Source: a virus (lineage: Duplodnaviria > Caudoviricetes). From it: DNA of 64,000 nucleotides. The notes beneath the pieces were generated by a model, which saw nothing but the letters and a program-made list of their open reading frames with translations, was not told where the DNA came from and made no database searches. Positions 1 to 8,525 of the stretch are shown here, one piece after another. A program made the position numbers and the translations under genes. Location: the IMG/VR virus record IMGVR_UViG_3300046786_000293, positions 128,001-192,000 of that record; one strand, 5' to 3'. The first letter of the stretch is position 1; each line of letters starts with the position of its first letter.

Positions 1-26
1 TCAGTAATAATTTCAGTAAATCTCAT
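1..26 (-). CDS. 5' end of a gene running off the left edge (MRFTEIIT[E/D]); possible capsid-targeted internal protein
   Basis: ATG at 26 on the minus strand, TAAATA late motif at 47-52; N-terminus resembles the other M-K/R-x-x-E/D-I-I-x-E starts in this window. Confidence 0.5.
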
Positions 27-145
27 GAGGTTTTATTGTTATGTTATATTTATTTTTTACCGCATATTATCAAAAATTGTGGCAGTGCAACATAAATATA
101 TTAGTAGAAACACTAATATAGTTTCTACTAATAAAGGAATCAACT

Positions 146-304
146 ATGAAATTATTAGAATGGATCAAAAGTCTATTTACAGAACGCTCATATCATGATA
201 GCGTAGAAACATTTGTCATTAGCAAGCAACCTAAGAGTACCGCAGAAGTTGAACTGTGGGTTCGCTATTATGATCAACACATTCGCGATAGAGGATTTGT
301 ATGA
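146..304 (+). CDS. small hypothetical protein, 52 aa (MKLLEWIKSLF...RGFV)
   Basis: AAGGA RBS at 134-138, upstream TAAATA at 93-98, ATGA overlap with next ORF; below the ORF-track cutoff, translated by hand. Confidence 0.7.
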   Translation: MKLLEWIKSLFTERSYHDSVETFVISKQPKSTAEVELWVRYYDQHIRDRGFV

Positions 305-396
305 AAATGCCAAAAGTTATTTGGAAAGCAATATATGAGTTTCTTAAAGAAATCGGGCACTCAAGAGCTCGCAGATCGCAAGGACTTTGGTATTAA
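301..396 (+). CDS. small hypothetical protein, 31 aa (MKMPKVIWKAIYEFLKEIGHSRARRSQGLWY)
   Basis: ATGA translational coupling to the upstream ORF. Confidence 0.5.
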   Translation: MKMPKVIWKAIYEFLKEIGHSRARRSQGLWY

Positions 397-397
397 A

Positions 398-478
398 ATG
401 AATTCCAAACCTATGTGGTTACCGATGACCGACGAAGATTGGGAGTGGGTAAACTACGGTCGATTACCTCAAAAGTAA
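398..478 (+). CDS. small hypothetical peptide, 26 aa (MNSKPMWLPMTDEDWEWVNYGRLPQK)
   Basis: TAA-A-ATG coupling; ends tail-to-tail with the 480 gene. Confidence 0.45.
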   Translation: MNSKPMWLPMTDEDWEWVNYGRLPQK

Positions 479-479
479 T

Positions 480-1235
480 TTACCTTCGTTCAATGTCCTC
501 TTCGACACAGTTTTCTCCGTACTGAATTTCTATCAACTTTAACGGTTGATCAGTTTCATTACAGAGCATATGCCACTCTCCCGTTTGAATAAATGTATTT
601 TCGTGTGCAGTCATAACACATTTTAAATCTTCATCTGTGCTACTGTCTAGTGTGTATACGTGTGCTGTGCCTTCTGCTACAAACCAAAACTCTGCACGTT
701 TTTCGTGACGTTGCATACTTAAACAAGTCTTAGGATTGACTGTAAGTTCTTTCAATTTTACGTGAGGGCCGCAAGTGTGCAATACTCTGTAGTAGCCCCA
801 ACTACGAAGGGTTTTGGGTGCTTTCCATTCTTCAAGAATCCAGCTAGAGCTATTTGCTTTATTTTCCCCGCCTACACCAAACACAAACTCTACATCATCA
901 AACACCATCTCGGGAATGTTATCTTTCGTACGATCCCCGCCGTTGGCAAAGACAATGTCGGCATCAGGATAAATTGTTTTTAATTTGTGTATAGCATCAA
1001 TGCTAGAATTATCATCGTCTTTGAATTCGATGCAATGCTTTACCATTTTTAAATTTTGAATAATAGCGCGGCGCTCGTCTACCGGCATAAAAGGCCGACC
1101 TTTTTTACGGGTAAGCCATTCATCTGAATTAATTCCTACTACTAGGAAGTCACCTAATTTACGTGCAGCTTCAAAATATGCAATATGCCCAGAATGTAGT
1201 GGATCAAATCCACCGGTTACAAGTACTATCTTCAT
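480..1235 (-). CDS. cytidylyltransferase-like (RfaE/TagD type) domain fused to a mannose-6-phosphate isomerase type II C-terminal cupin
   Basis: TGGFDPLHSGH (HxGH) and GINSDEWL motifs; C-terminal RSWGYY..LSMQRH..RAEFWFV cupin motif. Confidence 0.8.
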   Translation of the reverse strand: MKIVLVTGGFDPLHSGHIAYFEAARKLGDFLVVGINSDEWLTRKKGRPFMPVDERRAIIQNLKMVKHCIEFKDDDNSSIDAIHKLKTIYPDADIVFANGGDRTKDNIPEMVFDDVEFVFGVGGENKANSSSWILEEWKAPKTLRSWGYYRVLHTCGPHVKLKELTVNPKTCLSMQRHEKRAEFWFVAEGTAHVYTLDSSTDEDLKCVMTAHENTFIQTGEWHMLCNETDQPLKLIEIQYGENCVEEDIERR

Positions 1236-1243
1236 AAAAATAC

Positions 1244-1696
1244 TTATAGTGTTATATCTTCCATACCTGCAGTTCTGAGTCTGCTTACGTGCCCCAACAT
1301 GAAGTTTTTACTTTCTAATCCCTTCATAAGTCCTAACCATTTATTGCGGACGAGTGCGACTTCGTTAATAATAGTTTCGAAATCGATTACTTCATCTTCT
1401 CCATCCACGTATTTCTCAGCATCACGACTAGTCAAGGCACGATTGTAATTTTCTAGATATTTTTGAAAATGTTTACGACGTATTTTGCGTAATTGAATAT
1501 TAAGGTAGTTAAGTACTGCCTCAATTTCTTGAAGTTGATTAAATCGTTGTTCTGTCAAACCGGGCAAAGATGCAATATTTTTTTCCAGGTTGCCTTTAAC
1601 TGAGCAGTCATACTTTGCCTGCTCTAGTTCGTTTTCATAAAAATTGATAAAGGCAGGAATATTGCCCATATCTTGAACAACTCGATTATACCACAT
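1244..1696 (-). CDS. uvsY: UvsY-like recombination mediator
   Basis: YLENYNRALTSRDAEKYVDGE motif, helical 150 aa, close to uvsX. Confidence 0.75.
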   Translation of the reverse strand: MWYNRVVQDMGNIPAFINFYENELEQAKYDCSVKGNLEKNIASLPGLTEQRFNQLQEIEAVLNYLNIQLRKIRRKHFQKYLENYNRALTSRDAEKYVDGEDEVIDFETIINEVALVRNKWLGLMKGLESKNFMLGHVSRLRTAGMEDITL

Positions 1697-1923
1697 TATT
1701 CTTCGTAATCGTCGTATTCTTCGTCTTCTTCACCGCCGGCGTATTCTTCAAGACTACGCTTAGTGTAACTATCGGTACCCCCAAACTCTTTAAGTTCTTT
1801 ATCGCCGAGATAGTCTACTAGAATGCTCATGAGGTTGTCACTGGCTTCTTGTCTATCTTTTTGCGGAATATATTGCTTAAGAGTTTGATATACTTCGCTT
1901 AATAATTCTGAATCAATTGTCAT
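1696..1923 (-). CDS. acidic hypothetical protein
   Basis: 75-aa ORF coupled between uvsX and uvsY; acidic tail. Confidence 0.7.
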   Translation of the reverse strand: MTIDSELLSEVYQTLKQYIPQKDRQEASDNLMSILVDYLGDKELKEFGGTDSYTKRSLEEYAGGEEDEEYDDYEE

Positions 1924-2983
1924 CTTCGATTACTTCCTCAGTTGCGACGACAGCATCTTTATGAGGATTTTTAATGTAGTCTTCCATAACCTTGTCTAAA
2001 CTACCGTCCTCGTTGCGTTCCCATGCTTTACGGAATTGCTTAATAACCGTACCGTCTACTAGAGTATATTTAAGACTATTGCCTTCTTTTTGCAATAATC
2101 CTTTGCCTTCAAACATGTCAACTAGTCCGCTGTAAGGATTCATGCCAGTTTCATAAGGAATCTTAACTTGTACGCTTTCGAATGGTTTAGCATAACGAGT
2201 TTTCATAATTTTACATGCGGCTCGAATACCTTTGACTTCGGTAACTTTGTTGCCATCTTCATCCTCTTTGAGTTTGAGTTTACGCATAGCGACAACAATA
2301 GAGCTTGCGTAGATAAAGCCTTGTCCGCCCGAAATCTTATCATCAGGATCAAACATATCCTGGCTTGCGTAGGTGTGGTTAGTTGCCACTAAGCCAATGT
2401 TTAAATCGCCAAACATGTTTACGCAGTTACGCACTAACGCAGTCAGCGCTTTTGGCTTACGTCCCATATCCCCTTTCAAGTCGCCAGCTTCGAACTGATT
2501 AACGTCGGTGGGGGTTAACATCATACCCAGTGAGTCTAGCACGAATAAGACTTTAGGACGTTCTGCTTCAGGAATGTTTTTATATTCTTTGACAAAGTCA
2601 TTGATAAGTTTAGCAACATCATCAATCATTGCCAAGTTAACCTTAAGCAATTTATCTTCAGTGGTTGCTACTCCGAGAGCATGTAGCCACGCTTCATCAA
2701 GTGCGTTTTCAGTGTCGACGAGGATAACGTAAATACCTTGCTCTTGAGCATTCTTAACGATATTTCCCGAGCAGATAAAGGATTTACCCGCACCAGATTC
2801 CCCAGCAAATACAGTAACTTTACCAAGCGGAATGCCTCGTTGAAAATCGCCAGAGATAAGATAATTAAGAGCGTAGTTGTTTGTTGAGATCCACGTATCT
2901 GGATCACGGAAGCCGATGGAAATACCATCAATACTTTTAGTGAGTGTTTTACGAAATTTTGATACATCGAATGGTTTTGCCAT
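1913..2983 (-). CDS. uvsX: RecA/UvsX recombinase
   Basis: Walker A GESGAGKS, VLDSLG, NHTY and SGG motifs. Confidence 0.95.
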   Translation of the reverse strand: MAKPFDVSKFRKTLTKSIDGISIGFRDPDTWISTNNYALNYLISGDFQRGIPLGKVTVFAGESGAGKSFICSGNIVKNAQEQGIYVILVDTENALDEAWLHALGVATTEDKLLKVNLAMIDDVAKLINDFVKEYKNIPEAERPKVLFVLDSLGMMLTPTDVNQFEAGDLKGDMGRKPKALTALVRNCVNMFGDLNIGLVATNHTYASQDMFDPDDKISGGQGFIYASSIVVAMRKLKLKEDEDGNKVTEVKGIRAACKIMKTRYAKPFESVQVKIPYETGMNPYSGLVDMFEGKGLLQKEGNSLKYTLVDGTVIKQFRKAWERNEDGSLDKVMEDYIKNPHKDAVVATEEVIEDDN

Positions 2984-3006
2984 GATTAAGTTCCTTATAG
3001 TTTATT

Positions 3007-4167
3007 TTACAGAGTTTTAATAGGATTTTCAATAATATATCTACCAATTATAGATTGAAAATCTTCTTTTAGTTTTGCCTTTGGGGCACAAAAGCCGCAT
3101 ATACAAAGTTTCTTTGCACATTCAATTACAGGTAGAGTTTTGTTTGTTAACTGGTTGTCTAACGTTTCTAACAATAAGTCTGCATTTTGAATATTTCCGA
3201 TTGCTCCTACATCGCCGTTAAAATTCATTCTACAATCTTTATTGACATAAACATTACCGGTTAATTGCTGAACAAATAAAAAAAACCAATTTACACTACA
3301 ATACCAAGATTTAAAATTTTGTTTGGGCACAAATGTAACTTTGTTTTTTAAATCACTATTCATACTTAATTGTCGACCGCCACAACATGCCCGGCCTTGA
3401 TTAATACTGTTATTATTAGTGGTTCCCACATCGCATATAATTTCTTTATAAGAATCTTGTTGTTTAGCAGACACTTGATTAATCCAAAATGTTTTTAATA
3501 TATTAAATTGTTCTGGAGAATACGACCACTCTTCTGCGCCATTATCTAATGGTTTTGCTACAAAATTAATATTATTTTGTTTGCAAAATTCAACCATAGT
3601 AATCGAGTCTTGCCACAATTCTTTTTTATTATTCATCATTACGATTACTTTGTGCGGTTTATTGATATTTTTTAAATTCAGTGCATTCTTCTTAAAAATC
3701 TCTTTTTGTTTTTGATTAACCTCGCTGTGATAACTTAGTGTAAAGTTATCTATTAGAGGAGTTATTTTTTTCCATTGTTGAGCACCAATAATAGCATTAG
3801 TAGTGCAAGTAACTGTTAAGAACCAATTATCTTTATAAGCCTGGTATTTTTTATGTACTTCGTTTAAGATTTCTACAATGTTCGGATGGTACAAACTTTC
3901 CCCGCCATAGACATTAAGAATAACCTTTCGTTGACTAAGTTTCTTATATTTCATATATAAGTCAACATAAGCAAACATAAAATCAATCGACTTGATACAT
4001 TCCTCTAATGGCGGATGCTTAGTCGAGTTATCATGACCACCATACTCAATACCAGTCGTACAATAACTGCAATCTAAATTACAAAGTTTTGTAACTTCCC
4101 AATCTAGTAGAAAACTAGGAATATTCTTTGGATCTAGCGCAAAAGATAAAGATGTAATTTCATTCAT
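3007..4167 (-). CDS. radical SAM protein with Cys-rich C-terminus
   Basis: CNLDCSYC (CxxxCxxC), YGGE motif, additional C-terminal cysteines. Confidence 0.85.
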   Translation of the reverse strand: MNEITSLSFALDPKNIPSFLLDWEVTKLCNLDCSYCTTGIEYGGHDNSTKHPPLEECIKSIDFMFAYVDLYMKYKKLSQRKVILNVYGGESLYHPNIVEILNEVHKKYQAYKDNWFLTVTCTTNAIIGAQQWKKITPLIDNFTLSYHSEVNQKQKEIFKKNALNLKNINKPHKVIVMMNNKKELWQDSITMVEFCKQNNINFVAKPLDNGAEEWSYSPEQFNILKTFWINQVSAKQQDSYKEIICDVGTTNNNSINQGRACCGGRQLSMNSDLKNKVTFVPKQNFKSWYCSVNWFFLFVQQLTGNVYVNKDCRMNFNGDVGAIGNIQNADLLLETLDNQLTNKTLPVIECAKKLCICGFCAPKAKLKEDFQSIIGRYIIENPIKTL

Positions 4168-4981
4168 TTATTAGTATTTTACTTATGTGTCTGTTATTAG
4201 AAATAATCTCTTTAACTTGAGGTAAGTTATCAACTTTTCCTAGCGGTATTTTTCCGTGGCCTTCAAATTTATTATATGGGTCTACACCTTGCTCGATTAG
4301 CCATTCTTTATAACCTAGCTTCGACTCTATATCATTATATTCACCGAATAGTAAAAATGCTTCGCCGCTATAGTAATGCAAATTCTTTGCATTTTTATAA
4401 GTTATCGGAAGATTGTCCTCAAATAAATCTACATATTCTTTGCCTAATTCTGCATAGTGCAAAAACAATGTTCCAGGAGGACTTTGAAAATCAAAATATT
4501 GATAGTCATCCCTACCTAAAGGCATTCTTCTATATTGGTCTTTATTAAAGGACATATAAAATCCTATAGAAGAATCTTGTTTTACTTCTACCCTATGTGT
4601 ATAGAAGTTCAAATCACGTATTGCTTGTTTTAGTTCCGGACTAGCAATAGAAAATAAACGGGTTGGCTTACCGAACTCTCCACTTAGCTGTTCGAATTTC
4701 AAATGTAGATAATTAAAATATTCTTGATTTTGATCTAAAAGGTCAGATTTTAGATCTATGAAGTTTTTCAAATATCGATTAATGACTTCACAAGCACTAT
4801 ACAGTTTATTACTTGCTTCCTGCAAAGTCAGTAAGCCCCCAAACGCTTCATCTTGATTAAAATCACAGTTATCTAGGCACCATTCCAATTCTTTAGCCCA
4901 TTTATGAACAAAAGGATTGTCAGCGAGTAAGATATCAAACGACGCCTCATTTGAGGCGCCCAAGATAACTGTTAATTTCAT
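4160..4981 (-). CDS. hypothetical protein coupled to the radical SAM gene
   Basis: 273-aa ORF overlapping the radical SAM start. Confidence 0.75.
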   Translation of the reverse strand: MKLTVILGASNEASFDILLADNPFVHKWAKELEWCLDNCDFNQDEAFGGLLTLQEASNKLYSACEVINRYLKNFIDLKSDLLDQNQEYFNYLHLKFEQLSGEFGKPTRLFSIASPELKQAIRDLNFYTHRVEVKQDSSIGFYMSFNKDQYRRMPLGRDDYQYFDFQSPPGTLFLHYAELGKEYVDLFEDNLPITYKNAKNLHYYSGEAFLLFGEYNDIESKLGYKEWLIEQGVDPYNKFEGHGKIPLGKVDNLPQVKEIISNNRHISKILINE

Positions 4982-4983
4982 CG

Positions 4984-5979
4984 TTACTTCTGACGATTAC
5001 GAATCATTGCCAGAATGTCTTCAGCCCTTTGTGTACTAGGCTTGGCCTGTGCAGATGCAACCGGAGCAGTTGGTTCATCGTCTGTGTCAAAGGGAGGATC
5101 TTCTGCTACCACTGGTGCAGGAGCTGCCTTTGCAACCGGTGCGGGAGCAGATGTTGCTTCGCTAGCACGAGCAGTAGGAAGTTCACTGTTCATCATTCCA
5201 GCGGGCTTGTAGTAAGCACCCCAACGTTCCATATCAAATGGTTCGCCATCGACGCTGGCTTCAAACATTTCTTTGATGATTTTCAATTCCACATCGCTGG
5301 GCTTCTTGGGCAAGAAGTCAGCAAGGTTATACAAACCATACTTCTCAATTGCTTCAAGTTCTGTTTGAGTCAATGCACTTTCTTTACGTGCCCAAGTGGA
5401 TGTGCTGTAATCAGCATAGCCACCTTTGCTGGTTTTCTTGATGCTGAAGTCAAGTCCGCCAACGTAGTCAGTGGGAAGATTTTCCAAGTCAGGATCCATT
5501 AGAGCATTCTTTACCAGATTAAAAATCTGTGGACTGATAACAAATCGACGAATTGGATTCTCAGGGTTCTTGTCATCGCTCAACGGGTTGTCTCGAACGA
5601 AACCTTGGAACAGATAAGATTTCTTTTTCCAATACTTACGTCCCATTTCTTCAAGACTCTTGTCTTTGAACCATGTACGAACTTCTGCAAGAATCGGACA
5701 TGCTTCGCCCCACATTTCGACACAGGGAACCTGTACGAATGTTGGTTTGCTGTCAACTTGTCCTTTAACGCCGGCGAATGGCAATTTAATCATAAGTCTT
5801 TCGACCCAGAAAAAACTGTTCTTTTCATTTGCGTCTGGAAGAAAACGTACCCTTGCTGTAGTACCTTCTTGGATGTTCCAATGGGCGTAAATGCCATTGT
5901 CTCCGCCTTGTGAGCCGCCTTGGCCCTTGCTTTCTTGTGCTTGTAGTTTTGCACGGATTTCTGCTAAAGATGTTGCCAT
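4984..5979 (-). CDS. gp32: T4 gp32-like single-stranded DNA binding protein
   Basis: RFLPD, CPIL, YWKKKSY, K.KGGYADY motifs; acidic flexible C-terminal tail. Confidence 0.9.
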   Translation of the reverse strand: MATSLAEIRAKLQAQESKGQGGSQGGDNGIYAHWNIQEGTTARVRFLPDANEKNSFFWVERLMIKLPFAGVKGQVDSKPTFVQVPCVEMWGEACPILAEVRTWFKDKSLEEMGRKYWKKKSYLFQGFVRDNPLSDDKNPENPIRRFVISPQIFNLVKNALMDPDLENLPTDYVGGLDFSIKKTSKGGYADYSTSTWARKESALTQTELEAIEKYGLYNLADFLPKKPSDVELKIIKEMFEASVDGEPFDMERWGAYYKPAGMMNSELPTARASEATSAPAPVAKAAPAPVVAEDPPFDTDDEPTAPVASAQAKPSTQRAEDILAMIRNRQK

Positions 5980-6045
5980 AATGTTTCTCCTATAAATTTA
6001 AGATGGTCTTTGTTGTGCCTAGATACTCTATGCACCTTGCATAGT

Positions 6046-6075
6046 GTAACACTATTATTTATGTCTAGTCAAATA
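6046..6075 (-). promoter_or_regulatory. sigma70-like promoter (TTGACT-N18-TACACT) with a nested TAAATA late promoter for gp32
   Basis: motifs read on the reverse complement upstream of gp32. Confidence 0.5.
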
Positions 6076-6093
6076 TTTTTTTTAATTTTTTCT

Positions 6094-7116
6094 TCAATTT
6101 TCGAAAATTTCTTTCGAATACTCTGGTTGATGGCTATTAGGCCAAAAACTTTGTTTTTCGAAAAAAAGTTTTTGATTGTATTCGAAAATACTACGATACT
6201 CGGCTGCTAATGCCAAAAGTTCTTCAATTGATAATGTAGCTAAACGGGCAATTTCTGTTTGAATGGCTCGAAACCTGTCTTCGGTATTTTCTATTTGATC
6301 ATAAGTTTCGTTAATAAACGGACTAAAAGTTTTAAAACCAACCTTGTGTAAATTTGTTAAGGCGCCCGGACCTGCAAACAAAATAAAAGGTTTGCCAGTA
6401 TAAAAACTTCGCATAGTCTTTTCAGTAAACACATGCGAGTCATAGATATTGCTTTCAAATACAATTTCTATTAGATATTCATTCTTGTGATGTAGAATAC
6501 TATTGATCATATCGCAATAATCAAATTGGTATGTAGGCGAGCTATAGTCTAGTATTATAGGTAAATGATTCAACCAATCAATTTCATCTTTATAAAACTG
6601 ATAGTCTATTTTTTGCATTTGTTCACTAATCTCGCCCGATCCCATCCTACAACTAAGCATAGTGTATTCCGATAGATTTTGGTGCAAATACTTTGCCATT
6701 CTCATACGATACGGAGTATATCTATTAAATAGTGCCAAGAACTTTTTTGTGAACTTAGTATTATCAATAACACAATCTTTTTGTTGGATAGTCGTTTTAA
6801 TCCAATCGTTTAATGGAAAAGAATTCCATTTAACAAACGTTGCCCATTCGACACTTGGATCTTGAAATGCAATAATCTTTACTTTATCTTTAGGCAACTT
6901 ACATTCTTTAACTGCAACATTTAATACAGCCAATAATCCGCTTAATACCGGATCTTCACAGTCGATGGCATATACATGTAGCTCGTCGAACTTATCTCTG
7001 CGAATTCTATCTATAAACAAATCGGGACTGAATAACCATACATTAGAAGCATTGAAACATGCTCTTGCCGCAATGATTAAATTATTGTTATACGTTTTAA
7101 AAGGTTTTATTTTCAC
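6094..7116 (-). CDS. hypothetical protein, possibly glycosyltransferase-like
   Basis: C-terminal EIVFE..FTEKT.R.F..GKPF...GF.TF..I.E.YD pattern recalled from phage GT-like proteins; GTG start. Confidence 0.5.
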   Translation of the reverse strand: MKIKPFKTYNNNLIIAARACFNASNVWLFSPDLFIDRIRRDKFDELHVYAIDCEDPVLSGLLAVLNVAVKECKLPKDKVKIIAFQDPSVEWATFVKWNSFPLNDWIKTTIQQKDCVIDNTKFTKKFLALFNRYTPYRMRMAKYLHQNLSEYTMLSCRMGSGEISEQMQKIDYQFYKDEIDWLNHLPIILDYSSPTYQFDYCDMINSILHHKNEYLIEIVFESNIYDSHVFTEKTMRSFYTGKPFILFAGPGALTNLHKVGFKTFSPFINETYDQIENTEDRFRAIQTEIARLATLSIEELLALAAEYRSIFEYNQKLFFEKQSFWPNSHQPEYSKEIFEN

Positions 7117-8515
7117 CTGACTTTACACCGGATAACATTTTAATTGATTCTAGTTCACTATCTAAACTTTCTTTAACCCCGGCATCATAACCGCCGATCT
7201 CTGTATCAAAAGTAGTAGAACCGTAAGTTCCGTATCCATAGTCAAAGACACCAAATTTTGGAAATGCCATGTGAGGATCATGGGCTGCAATAATATCTTT
7301 TGCTCTGCTTACTTCTTCATTGCTTTCAAAGTAATATACCCCGTCTTGAAATCTCCACTCAAAATTATTACCGTTGAATAGTTCTGCTAATTCTTCGTCT
7401 TCGGCATCACCGTCCATTACATTACCATCGCTATCTTTAATGTGCATTGCATTGCCAATCGGGCTGCTTACATTAATGCCAGCAGCATCTTCGAGAACTC
7501 CATTGGCCCACGCTTCAAATTCTTCTGCCGTACGGTTGCGTTTGTCGTCGTAAGCACGTTTAACAATAGGTAGAGCCGCCATTAGTCTGTCATCAAATAC
7601 TTTTTTAATAAAACGTTCTTTAAGTGCTTCTAAGTCGATATCATCGTCAATAACTGTTTCAGGTTGCCATAATGATTTGTATTGATCGTAGCCTCGTTGA
7701 TTTCTTATTGTGAATAAATCTCTGTGTAACTTGCCATAATGATCTATTGCGGCTTCTACCATACTAGACGTTTCTGCATCTTCAAATTGTCTGCCCCGTG
7801 TATTACGCACAAACAATTTCAATGCATTCATTTCGGATATTATTTTATTAATATGTTGACCAAATTCATCGTGGAGGCTTCCACCATTTTTGATATGACG
7901 AGCATGTGCTCGTGCGCCGTTCAATGTGGTGCCTTCGGGTAGTCTAAATCTTTCTCCCAAGGAATTCTCGACGTAGAAACATTCTACATTGCGACTTCTT
8001 GCGCCGGGCTTGGTTTCGTCCACAATCGGCTTGCTGTGTCTGGCAATTATACGAACATTCTCCAACTTCTGATAACTGCTACGACTGGTGCCATATAGTT
8101 TGCTTTCGGTTACAGTAACGTCGTTAGCATTGATTACTTCTGCATCTTTGTTGATATGTTTTAAATCTCGTATGTTTAGACCACTCTTAGCGATGTCTCG
8201 GATATCAAAACTCAACATATTACGTTTTGCGAACAGTCTTATATTCTTTAAAAAACTATACCAATCCTGTCTAACAGAATCGTCCATATTCCTATCTATT
8301 TCTTTGTCGAAATAAACTTTAAGACTGTTATCATCTACTAGACTCAATGTAATATTGCCGTAGTTTTCTCCGTCGACTTCATAGTCGAAGTTAAAGAACC
8401 TAGCCTTTGTCGGGTCTAATGTGGATTTGGATGTTTTATCCCCAATATTAATATTATCAAATCTACTGCGGATTTTATCAAACAAATTTTCGGCAACTTT
8501 TTCAATTTCTAGCAT
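7097..8515 (-). CDS. conserved hypothetical protein, putative head-associated
   Basis: 472-aa ORF with TAAATA upstream, directly downstream of the terminase; contains V/L-x-E sites. Confidence 0.7.
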   Translation of the reverse strand: MLEIEKVAENLFDKIRSRFDNINIGDKTSKSTLDPTKARFFNFDYEVDGENYGNITLSLVDDNSLKVYFDKEIDRNMDDSVRQDWYSFLKNIRLFAKRNMLSFDIRDIAKSGLNIRDLKHINKDAEVINANDVTVTESKLYGTSRSSYQKLENVRIIARHSKPIVDETKPGARSRNVECFYVENSLGERFRLPEGTTLNGARAHARHIKNGGSLHDEFGQHINKIISEMNALKLFVRNTRGRQFEDAETSSMVEAAIDHYGKLHRDLFTIRNQRGYDQYKSLWQPETVIDDDIDLEALKERFIKKVFDDRLMAALPIVKRAYDDKRNRTAEEFEAWANGVLEDAAGINVSSPIGNAMHIKDSDGNVMDGDAEDEELAELFNGNNFEWRFQDGVYYFESNEEVSRAKDIIAAHDPHMAFPKFGVFDYGYGTYGSTTFDTEIGGYDAGVKESLDSELESIKMLSGVKSGENKTF

Positions 8516-8525
8516 AGTAATATAT

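Noticed and set aside
6010-6210. Short plus-strand ORF across the gp32 promoter, and similar 60-170 aa antisense or overlapping ORFs throughout
   Set aside because: They overlap confident genes or promoters, lack an RBS and have atypical composition.
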